The translations under genes were made by a program, and so were the position numbers. From Amoebophrya sp. A120 (lineage: Eukaryota > Protista > Dinoflagellata), in contig CAJINV010000005.1 in NCBI GenBank assembly GCA_905178155.1, forward strand, positions 7,432,989 through 7,496,988: a DNA stretch of 64,000 nucleotides, in the 5' to 3' direction. The notes below the pieces were generated by a model. The model did not search any database and had not been told where the DNA came from. It saw only the letters and a list, made by a program, of their open reading frames with translations. Shown in pieces: positions 21,256 through 33,200 of this stretch. How positions within the stretch are numbered: the first letter of the stretch is position 1; each line of letters begins with the position of its first letter.

Positions 21256-24200
21256 TGTTGGTCAAAATGTTGGCGTCCCTGGTGTTCGTCGCATCACCGG
21301 GCATGATTCTTTTGCAGCTTTTGTGCTACTCCTGCTGCTTTTACAACATCAGCACGCCTAACAATCTCGTATTCGTCACCGCGACCAAGCTCCAAAAGAA
21401 GTCCGCGACTTCTTCATCTGTCGGCAAGAAAACTACGAGCGTCAGCCTGGACGACTTCGACTTCTCAGGTAACGTGCCTACTGCAAGTAGAACTCGAGCA
21501 GGGACGCCGGCGGGTCGTACTGAACTGCAACAGGACGCGACGAAACCCCAGCCGCGTGGCCGAGCGAACGCTGCAGGAAGTGAAGAGGAGATGACCCCGT
21601 CGTCGCAACAAGCTGCAGCGACATCAACGAATCCGCCTTCGTTTCTCATCCCACCGCCAGGCCGAGACTTTTCGTTTGACGCCGAGGACAATGATGTGGT
21701 TGGTGATGTTGCAAGAACGTCTCAGCTTCACGGTAGCAGCAGTGACGTGCTGATTGACATTCCGCTGGAGGAGATCCCGGAGGGGATTGCGGAGGGCACG
21801 ACGGAAATAAATGGCGCAGAAGAGCTTGTCCCCCCTAGCAGCTGCGGGACATCAGCTGCTGGTGGCCGCGGCCGCAAGGGAACGAGCCTTTCTACTACCA
21901 TTTTTGGAAAGACCATGAGCGGCACGACTTCGAGTCAGGACGAACACGAGGCCGTAGCGAGGGCAGGAGCAGCCTCGAAGACGTGTACAACTGCATCTGC
22001 AGCAGTAGATGGCAGCAATAAGAAGGGCACATCAGCGAATTCAAAAAGCCTGTTCCAGAACCTACTTGACAAGGCAGCACGGGAGTACGACTACGCGGTT
22101 ATGTATGCACTGCAAAAGTATCGAACTAGGATAAAAAATCGCATGACAAATTTCCTCAGCATGAAAAATCATGAACAAATCTGTAGTGCGGATTTAACTC
22201 GGCAAAGAAATTTGCAATGCTTATCTGGGAGCTCCACTTCAATACGGAGCCAAGCATGACAAATTTTTGGGCTCCTGTGTGTTGCGTATTCCGCATGGCA
22301 AACTGCGTTTTTGCATGACAGGTAAGGGGACAGCTTTGTGCCCATGCATCACAGATTCTTGAATCATGTCAGACATGCATGACAAATGTAGCAATCTTCC
22401 AGACCCAGACATTTTTACACTTGATAAGTCATGGAGTTTAGCAATACAAATTGCATCTTGCCAGACCCGGACATCTCTGCGCTTGAACTTGATACATAAC
22501 GAAGCGCATAGGATAAGAGTTTCCCCGTCGGGCCCACATACCGCATCCCCACATTCCAGGCATCATGAGGAAACTCGCAGTCGCATAAGTAGAAAGCACG
22601 TAGCACATTTTCAAGAGCGTGAATGCTAGAAAACAGCTGCATCCGCACTCGCCCTATCGATCCATGAAGGTTTTTTATCATGCAGCTGCACGCGTGCGCC
22701 TGGGCGCATTGGGGATTCGACGCACGCGTGCGCGGTATTTCATGCAAAGAGGCGTTTTTCAGAATGCATGTTTATTCAGAGTGTATTGCCTGCTCCTGCA
22801 CGCGTGCACCCGGGCGCATTGGAGATCTAGCGCACGCGTGCACGGATTCCCATGCATGCTGCGCAATTTTTTCTACGATACCTTGGCGAACTGGTAATTT
22901 TGCAGATACTATCAAATGCAAATATGTCTGAGTCTGGAAAGTTGGAACTTGTCATGCTGGTCTTGCATTCTTGTGAAATCTGTGCCTCATGACCAACAAA
23001 AGTGGCAGCCTCGCGCGTGGTTATACAAGAAATGGATGCACACGCGCAGCCCTTGGAATGCCAGAAAAGTAATTTTTTTTGCAACAAAATAAATAATGAG
23101 TTACATCTTTTTACTGCAGAGAAAAAACATTTTATTCACGTGCATGACATAATTGCCAACCGAATTTTCACGGTGTGAAGACAATCAACGACGAAGAAAC
23201 GCGGGCGGTGTGAACACTGGCCATCTTGCATGTCAAGCAGAATCTAGGTGGGATTCAGTGTTTCTTAGTCGCAATCAATCTATGGTGACTATCGTCACAG
23301 CCTGTGGGGAAAAATTTAGGGTTCCAAACAACACACAAATTCTGACGTCTCAGTCACGGGGGTAAAGCATGAAAGTTCAAATTTGTTCTAATCGCCCTAA
23401 ATTTATGAGAAATCCGATCAACCATCGTTGATCATCACTAGCTTACAGTGTGGGATTAGAATGAACTTCATTTTTGGTTCATTTGTATGAGCATGCTGAT
23501 TTCACATTGGGTCCAAATTTGAACGACAAATTTAGAGCCTGATTTCAATGAGCATTCAATTTAGGTCGTAGGGAATTTGCTTGGCTTATGATCCTGGTGG
23601 ATTTCATATCTTGCCTAACATTCCCCCTTCCGAATGAACACTAAATCATCGAAATGAATCAGATGAGATGACTTTGTGTGAAATTCGCATCAATCAATCC
23701 TAGAGATTATTGAAGTCAGCAAAGTGGGCTTTCGCAAATACTTCATTAGCTTTTCTTGAGGGAGCTTTGAAGATTTGAATATACTTCTCGCCTGGAAGTG
23801 GCTTTGTCAATCCATCCGCTAGATTGATATCCGTGTTTACATAGCACAAGTCTTTTACGTAGTCTCGTACTAGGTGTAGTCGAAGACTCATGTGCTTGGA
23901 TCTTTTCGTGGCTACGGTTGTCTGACTCAACGCAAGCGCGGACTTGTTGTCGTTGAAGATCAACGGTAGAGATCCTGACTCTTGTTCTGAAAACCAGTTC
24001 AAATATCCTTGGTCCATAGTCATCCTTACACAGTCATACATCGCGCAATACTCGGCTTCCATTGTTGACGTAGCTCGAATCGATTGACGTTTCGACTTCC
24101 AACAGATGGGAACTCCGCGTCGATATAGGATTGTTCCTGACGTGGATCGAAAACTTACAGAACATCCTGCAAAATCTGCATCGCAGAAAGCAATAGTGTC

Positions 24201-27200
24201 TCTGTATTCCTTGTTTTCTAGCTCTGCGGCTTTTGTGTAGATTTCTTTGAACTTTTTCTCTTGCTGCTTGCTGTATTCCAATCCTTGCGATTTGGTTCCT
24301 TTCAAATACGCCAGAATACGCTTAGCATCTTTTACCGTTTGGTCGGTTGGACTAGCTACCTGCGTCGCTACTCTTTGTACTGCGAATGCGATATCAGGCC
24401 GGGCAACGCAACTGATATACAACATTCCGCCTACTAGCGATCTTATCGGAAATGTGGAATTCGACGGCGAGTCCAAGTCTGCGTGGGAATTTGGTAAACA
24501 TGGGGAAACTACTGCGCGGCAGTCCTTCATGTGAAATTTCTCAAGCAGCTTATCAATTGCGTCTTCGCAAGTGATTTTCATGACTCTCTTTTTCGCGTTG
24601 AAGGTCAACTTTGCGCCGAGAAGGTCGCGGATCTCATTGCCTTCCTTGTCATATTCTGCGAGAATTTCTTTTCCTGGGAACTCTGCTAAAATTGCATTCA
24701 TTTCTGCAGCGACAAGGTCATCATCTTCGCCTGAGATAATGTTGTCATCTACGTAAACTGCTAGCCAGAGCTCTTGCTCTTTTCCCTGTTTGTCTTTTGC
24801 AAACTTCTTGAACAAACCTGGTTCGTGTTCGGATACAACCCAGCCTAACTTCTTGAGTCTGCCGGAATATTCGTCATACCAGCGGCGTGGGCTGATCTTC
24901 AGACCGTATAACGACTTTAACAGCCTGACAACATCGCCTTTTTCTTTGTTCTTGCTCCAGCTGTTGTGCTTGGGCAGGCGACATAACGCGATCTCGTCAC
25001 CTAGAGCTGCACGCACAAACGCATTTGAAATATCGAACTGTCTAACTTTCCATCCGCGTGCTGCTGCTTCAACAAGTAAATACCTGTTAGCGGCATGGCT
25101 CACAGTTGGGCTGTATATTTCTCCTTGAAGAGATAGCTTTTGCCTGTTTCCTAGTGCTACGAGACGACACTTGTAGCGTCCGTCTCTCTTCTTCGTGTAG
25201 ATGCATACCGTCGGGATAATCTCTAACTTATCACCCATCTCTTTGATGTCTTCTGCGGTTGCATGCCTCCACGTTTTTGCTTCTTCTAGCGCTAGGCGTT
25301 CTTTCGTATCTGACTCGATCCATTTGATTGCGTCAGGACTTTCCAGACACTTGGCCCAAGTGTGCTGCAAGCCAAAGAGGTAAGGAGTTTCGTCCTCCTC
25401 TAATTCATGACGAATCTGGAATATAGCTTCTGCTTCTTTTTCAAATTCCATCGGAAGATCTTTCAAAAGGTCAGATGACGACACAAGATTGACTTTCTGC
25501 CTTTTCTTTGCTCGAGGGCCACGACTTTGGCCTTTGTCGTTGCGTTCTTTGCGCTTTTTCTTGTCATGCCCTCGGCCCTTCTTGCGAAGTTTCTTTCGTG
25601 TAGGTCCTTCAACGAGGATCCTAGGCGCTTCTTGTGTCTCGTTCTCTTTTTCATCAGCATCAACTGTATTAGACTTTCTTTTTCGATTTCCATTCTCAGC
25701 TTTCTTTTTCTGCTTCGGGGATTTTTCAGGCGCCTCCTCTGAAAACAAATCGAGCCAATCCTGATTAGGGTTTTGATTTTCCTCGCCCCCTTCCTCAGGT
25801 TGCTCACCCCCTTCGAAACTCTTGCCCTCGTCGTTTTCGACGGTTTCTTTTTCCTTCGAACTGCGTTTGTCCGCATCTTCTTCATCTTTCGAACGATCGG
25901 TCCTCGGAGCGTCCTGACCACGACTGCTTTGATCATGATCTACAGCGGGCACATTCGGCTCTACGAGCTGCGAACTATCACCCAGACGCGCCGGATTCGG
26001 AAAATCAATTAACAACTTGTCAGCGTCCGGCTTCAGATCATCTATCTTGCTGACCAGCACTGATTCATCAAACTTACAACACTTCACCTCGTGGACTCCG
26101 AAGCGGATTTTGGAGCTTTTCTTACATCGACCATCTGCGGACCACATGCCTACCAGGTATGTAGAATTTTCTTGGGCGTAGCCTAGAAAGATTCCACGGG
26201 TAAACCGGTCTTCAAGCTTCGACTTCTGTGAGTGATCCTTCGCGTATACCAAGCATCCGAAACGTCGGAAATACTTGATGGAAGGTTTTCTTTTGAAGCG
26301 TTTTTCAAATGGCGACTCGCCTCCTTTGGCTGTAGGGGTTCGGGCGAATATGTGGGAGAAAGTGCGTGCTGCATAACTCCACATACGCTTATCGACTCCG
26401 ACCATCATTGCCCTCACTCCGTTCTGGTGAGTTTGATTGTATCTTTCAACTTTTCCATTTTCTTGTGGTTCGTATGGAGCTGAGTAGTCAGTATGAATCG
26501 GCGGGGACTGTTTCTGTGCTGTCTTTTTCCAAGTGCTACCTGGTTCCTTGAACTCTTTGGCATTGTCGGATCTCACTCTTTTCGGTGGTCCCTCTTCATT
26601 TATCCAGACCTGCAGCTTTGCGCCTGCTTCTGCTTTGCTTTTGCAGATGAAAGAACGAGGCCAGCTGGTTGCTTGATCGATGGCATTTAGCACCCATCTT
26701 TGCGACCAGTAGTCAGGTTCCCACGGTCCAGTAAAGTCAAAATCAACTTGGTCATTGAATTTTTCAACTTTGTAGCATTCTTTCTTCGCTTTTGCATGTT
26801 GCGCGCCTTTGCTTTTCGCGAGATCGCAGGCAGGACATCGGACTACTATTCCTGGTAGACTACGATGTCCAGCACGCTGATGATCAAGAAGCATTTTCTC
26901 AGCCTTTGTCATCATAGTGGACTCTGTCTCGATCTCTTCGCACAACAAACCCTTTTCACCTGGATCTTCGTTGAACCCAAGTGCCACGGCCGGCAGCTTG
27001 GTTCCGATCCCTTTGTGAAGAAAAATTCTCTTTCCTGTCTTCCTACTTTGCAAGTAGTTGCCCCCTTCGTCGAAAACAACTCTATAGCCTTCTTTCTTCA
27101 GTTGCTCGACACTGAGGAGGGTCTGTGGAAGGAATGGATGGAATATTGCACGCTTGCAACCAAGTGCGTTTGGTTTCAATGTGCCAAAATATCCAGGGCC

Positions 27201-30200
27201 ATCCAACTCTTTTCCGTCTGCTACAGTTATTCGCACTGGATTACTGTCGTCCCAAGATTCGAAAATCTCTGGTCGGCCCGACATGTGACTTGTTGCGCCA
27301 CTGTCGCAAATTGCATCATCGACACAATTAAAAGCTGTTTCATGATTTCGGTGCTGCTCGTCCTTTTTATTCCGATGAGCATCGTTCGCCTCGCGCACCT
27401 TCCTCAATGCTGATTCGCGAACGCTGTAGAGGTGTGCTAGCTTTCTTGCTGTGTACTCGGGCGAATGATTTTGCTCGCTTTCTTTTGCTACGATTGAAAA
27501 TACTGCATCTTGTGACAGATTGCATTTCTCAACTCGTTCGGCTTTGGACGCATCCGAAACATGAGATCGAGGAAATAAAATCTTACGGATTTCGCGATCG
27601 GTCGACTCAAGAGCCTGGACTTGTTGTGTCATATTTGCCATCTCTGGGGTTGCAAATTGCTCAGCAAGCTCCAGCTCTGCTCTTTTTCGTTTTCCTTTCA
27701 GCTGTCTCGTTGGACCAGCTGCATCATTGGTACAAATTTCATCTTCATTCTTATCGAGATTCGAGAATAAATCATCCATATCGATTAATGATGAAGAATC
27801 TGGATTGAAGATGTCAAGCTTGCTGTCGAACACACATTCATCTTCTTCAAAATGACTTGTAGTCACTGGTGGTTCATCACCAGGTGGTTGTTCTTTTTGT
27901 GGGGGGTTCTTTTGGGGGGGTATTTTTGTTAAAAATTTAGTTGAAAAACATCGCGAATAATTTGTATTATAACATCGAGTTTTCGTCAGCCGTAAGAATA
28001 GTTTTCTTACTTTTTGTAGTTTGTGTAACAAGCTACTTTTCTTCGAAACACCATCTAAGACTCAGTATTTCCTACCCTTCTTTCCTTTTCCTTTCTTACC
28101 TCCACCCTTCGGCTTGTCGTTGCCCTTGCGAACAGTATTCGTGTTGTTACCCTTACCGGAATTCTTATTGGAAGACTTGTTATTGACCTTATTGCCGTTT
28201 TTGTACCAGCAATCCTTGGTGTTGTGGGATTCCGAATTGCAATTCGAACACCACTTGGAATCTCCTGCGTAATTGGCCGCATGACTGTCGTCATTGCTAC
28301 CAGCAGTGTGATTCTGGGTCAAGTTCGGATTTTGCGCGATCAGATTCGCAGCGGCTTGCTGGATCAGACTCGGCATCTCTTTCTTCAACATATTGGAGAA
28401 CATCTGCTTCTCACGGTTCTTCTGAACGTGATCCGGGCGCGGGCCATGCTGGTTGCGAGAATTCTTGTTGCGGACCAGATTAGCTTTGTGCTTCGTGGTC
28501 TCTCCGTTGCTAGACAGAGCGCGTTCTTCCTCGACCATATGATTCTTGGTTTCTTCGAAACTGAATCCATTAGCCAAGGCACGCTTGTTGCACTCATCGA
28601 ATTCCTCGCGCATGTTCCCGAAGATACAGTGATAGCGTAACTCTTCGGCCGTAACTTTAGCGCCCAGTTTGAAATTCCAGAAGTTCTTCAGTTTGTCAAT
28701 ATGTTCTTCCACGGTTTCATCTTCACCCTGCTTGCTGTTGAAATATTCCTTGATCAACATGCGGCGGGCACCGGCGGTCTGCGGGTTAGCCTTTTCCTTG
28801 ATCTGAAGCATCAACCAGACTACACACGCGTCAGCCCCGGGCTCTTCCTGAATGTCCTGAGCTTTGGCTCGGGCCTTTCCGGTTAAGGATTTGAATACTG
28901 TACCATACAACTTCGCGTAAGCTGAGCGCACTTCGGTTGTGTAGGTGGGCCAGAAGTCGTTTTCGTGTTTGCCGTCAGCAACCCACTGGTCGCAGGCTAA
29001 CTGATCGACCTCATCCCACTTGTCCATGCAGACTTTTCCTTCTAAGTCCTCTTTGAACTGGGGACCGATGTTCAACGAGAACGCCTGAGCGATCACGCTA
29101 CCCTTGAACGTCTGGAAGTCCTTTCCAGTTTCTCCCTCGTGTTCCGCGTCGTACAGCATTCCGACGGTGCCGGAAGTGCTCGGACGATGGTCATCACCCG
29201 GCGCCCCCATCTTTTCACGATGAGCACGCGCGTCGCGGTTGTGTCGTCTGTTGTACTCGGTACACGCGTAGGCGGCTACCTGTACAAGAAATTTGCAATC
29301 GAATTCAGATGGTATTCAGCATTTCAAATGCGATCATCTTGTTGAATTCACGATGCAATTACAGACAAAATCAGAATTACGCTTAGACTTCTATTTTCAA
29401 AAACCGATGTAATTCAGTACCTTTTTCGTGGCCTGCTGTCGGGTCCTTGCTCTTGTACCGGCCTGCTGCTCGGTACGTTAAATCCGCCGCCCAAAACTGT
29501 AATAGTTTTTGTTGGGGAGGATTAACATGCGATTTTTGTGCTCTTGCCATGTGTGCTCGCATTCAAAATTTCCAATGATTTTAGAAAACAGACCGAAAAT
29601 AAGTACAATTTTAGTACCTGTCTTGTTCCTCGCTCGATGCTTCGGCAAAGGTTACGGGCTTCGTAGCGCGCACCTTTGGTCGCTTTGTCTCTCTTGCACC
29701 TGTGTAGGTGTATGATTACAAATTCTCTCTTACTTTCAAACAGCCTCTGACCGTGTATCAGCAATTGATATCACGGCAGCAAATCACCACTGTTGGTTGA
29801 TTTGAACTCGGTGGCTGGGGGTTATTTTGCCTAAATTTTTAGTTCAAATTCAAACAAAAATTCTATTCAAAAACACTACCAAAAATTCAAAATTTTCTTT
29901 ATTTTTCTTCGTGCTTTTAGTACCTTCCTGCGGGTCTTGGTGTGGTTGGTGGTTTGGTTCTGGTCCTGGCTTGGTAGGTGTTGTCGTGTTGCGGGGGGAC
30001 CAGGCTTGGTAGTTGTTGTCGTGTTGGCACTGGTCGTGTCTTGTGTCAGCGCTCAAGGCTGTGCCGTTAGAATGTCAACCGAATTTTCACGGTGTGAAGA
30101 CAATCAACGACGAAGAAACGCGGGCGGTGTGAACACTGGCCATCTTGCATGTCAAGCAGGATCTAGGTGGGATTCAGTGTTTCTTAGTCGCAATCAATCT

Positions 30201-33200
30201 ATGGCGACTATCGTCACAGCCTGTGGGGAAAAATTTAGGGTTCCAAACAACACACAAATTCTGACGTCTCAGTCACGGGGGTAAAACATGAAAGTTCAAA
30301 TTTGTTCTAATCACCCTAAATTTATGAGAAATCCGATCAGCCATCGTTGATCATCACTAGCTTACAGTGTGGGATTAGAATGAACTTCGTTTTTGGTTCA
30401 TTTGTATGAACGTGCTGACTTCACATTGGATCCAAATTTGAACGACAAATTTAGAGCCTGATTTCAATGAGCATTCAATTTAGGTCGTAGGGAATTTGCT
30501 TGGCTTATGATCCTGGTGGATTTCATATCTTGCCTAGCAATAATTTCATAATTATTTTTCCAGGTGAATAAAATAAAAGAACTATTTTAAATGAAAGTAA
30601 AAGAATTATTTTTTTCTTGGAGAAAATCAATAACTCTTTTATTTATTTTTTTGCTTTCATTGCTTGCGAAACCGCATGAGAAATTGCCTGTCTTGGCCTG
30701 TCGTTGTCGCCTCTCCTTTCGCCTCTCCTTTCGCCTGTCGTTTCGCCTCTCCTTTCGCCTGTCGTTTCGCCTGTCGTTTCACCTCTCGCCGTCACCTGTC
30801 GCGGTCACCTGTCGCCGTCACCTCTCGTCTGGGGTATGTGATTACAGAACCCGGAAGTCAAGCAATAGAGTATAAATATTAATCATGAGCAAATCTGTAG
30901 TGCGGATTTAACTTGGCAAAGAAATTTGCAATGCATAAATGCGAAAATCAGTGAGTGCGATACTTTTGCCATGCATATTATGTACGATGCGCCGAAATCC
31001 GACCAAGCGCAAAAACTCTTTCGCAAGTACGCTATCCAGTGCAAAACTATCGTACTCGTATAAATGCGAGTCTTGCATCACAAATCTTGTTCCCAAGGAA
31101 AATCAGCATTACAAATTTTATTTCTCATGCTGAGGAAATTTGTAATGCATTTATACGAGTGCAACACTTTTGCACAGGATATACGCACGAGAGCAGGAAG
31201 TGCTGAAAATAAATTCACAGTGTGGCATCGCGGATAAGGAGGTAGAAGTCTACTACATCGGGGAGCAGCAACTCGACACGTCCGGTATGCATTGCAAATA
31301 TGTCTGGGTCTGGAAGAAAGCAAGTTTGTTATGCTTGTCTGGCATGACTCTTAAATCTGTGATGCATAAGCAGGATAGGGCCTTCTGGCTGTCATGCAAA
31401 AACGCTGCTTGATGTCATGCGGACAACGAAATGCACAGCAGCTCAAAAAGTTGTCATGCGTGGCTGCGTATTGAAGTGCGCCTACCATTCACAGACTTGC
31501 ATCACAAGTTTCCAGCAGACCCAGACATAATTGCATTTCACATCCGGTGGCCAGCTGCAACTCTCAGGGACAGGTTCTTCAGACCCGTCAACCCCCAAAT
31601 TCGGCACAACGAGGTTGTTACCCTGTGCAAAAGTATCGTACTCGTAGTAATTGCAACCATGCATTACAAATCTTTTTCTTAAGGTAAATCCGCATTACAA
31701 ATTTTATTTCTGACGCTCAGAAAATTTGTAATGCATTCATACGAGTGCGTTGCTTTTGCATTTCATAGTTGTCCACCGCAGGTAGTTGTACTTCTAACGC
31801 AGCTGCACTCTCTTGTACGTCAAGCGCCGCCTCGGCCTCTTCCTCCAGTGATATGTTGAATACAGCAGCAGCCCCCGCGGCCGCCCCGGCGATTATGCAG
31901 TACTCCCCGGCTTATTTTGAAAGCATGGAGCCCTACAACTACAACCGTGGTCCGATGTATAATCACCATCGCTCACCTGCTGCTCCGAGTGGCGGCGGGC
32001 AGCAGCCTCCTGTTGTGCAAGTGATCAATAACATGCCCGTGGCGGCCCACACTGGTGCCCAGAAGCTCGACACTTCCCTGTCCAGCAATACCCGCCGGGT
32101 TCTGAAAGCGAACATTGAGCAGGGGAACGAAATATCAAATGCAAATATGTCTGGGTCTGGAAGATTCTACACTTGTGATGCTGTCTCAAATTTGTATTGC
32201 ATGACGAGCAAGAGAGACCAAGAGAACTCCAGTTTGTGCTACGCGGAGAGGGTAAGTCTCACACGGTATAGGTGTCACAAAGTCCTCTAAAAATCAGTGA
32301 TGCTAGGGCATGCATCACAGACATCATGGGTCATTCAAAATATGCATGACAAACCTGGGAATCTTCCAGACCCAGACACTTTTGCAGTTGATGCGAAAAC
32401 TTGATCACGCAATTAGAGCAGAAGGGCTTATTCGACAAACCGAAAAAACCCCACTGCTGCTGCCGCGCCTTGTCCTTTTTCACACGATATGGATTGCAAA
32501 AATGTCTGGGTCTGGAAGGTTGCAACTGGTCATGCTAAATCCGAATCATGCAAAAATCTGTGTTGCATGAGTGTCAAAAGCTGTCCACTTTTGACCAAGT
32601 TGGGAGGGAGTTTCTCATGCAGGATAGGCATGAAAGAGACCTCACAGACTCTGTCATGCTAGGTCCCGCATTCCAGACCTCAAGGGTCATGGAAAACCTG
32701 CGTGACAAGTTTACACTCTTCCAGACCCAGACACTTTTGCATTTGATACGCGAAACATGTCCCGCCTGGTGGTCCTCGCGATCTGTGCCGCACAGTGCAC
32801 CACGGTGTTATGGATTGCAAATATGTGACCTGGGTCTGGAAGAAGATTGCGAGCTTTGTCATGCTGGCATGGCATGATTCTGCACTCTGTATTGCGTAGC
32901 CACCAAGAGGTCGACTTGCCTGTCATGCAAACCGCAGTTTCTCATGCGAAATACGCAGTACAGAAGCACGCAAAAAACTTGTCATGCTTGGCGGCGCATT
33001 ACAGAGCACTCACTGTTCACGGACTTGCATAACAATTTTCCAGAGCCAGATCGATATTTGCAATGCATAGGTGTGGCAGCAGTACCACTTATTGAAAATC
33101 GGCCAGGACATGCAGTCTTCGGTGACCGATTTTTCTGGGGTATCACGGGAAAAAGTGTTAACGTCAACGGAATTTGTGATGCAGTAACGCATCAGAAAAG

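Larger units (their letters stand above)
23154..30539 (-). mobile_element. Full-length Ty1/copia LTR retrotransposon
   Basis: 467-bp LTRs at 23154-23620 and 30073-30539 (TG...CA), 5-bp TSD ATAAT, polypurine tract adjacent at 23621-23630, domain order gag then PR-IN-RT-RH. Confidence 0.97.
22104..30977. mobile_element. Family-B introner expanded to 8.9 kb by nested insertions
   Basis: TIR tatgcactgcaaaagtatc at 22104 and gatacttttgccatgcata ending 30977. TSD TTATG on both sides. Internal 54-bp duplication at 22167-22220 and 30881-30934. Confidence 0.8.

Noticed and set aside
28062-28064. TGA as selenocysteine or an alternative genetic code
   Set aside because: TGA terminates host genes here (34678, 61104), and no SECIS element was identified.
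30047-30072. Primer-binding site of the copia element (minus strand ttctaacggcacagccttgagcgctg)
   Set aside because: It lacks the TGG start and I cannot assign a tRNA by eye. A 12-nt match at about 52129 may be chance, so no call was made.
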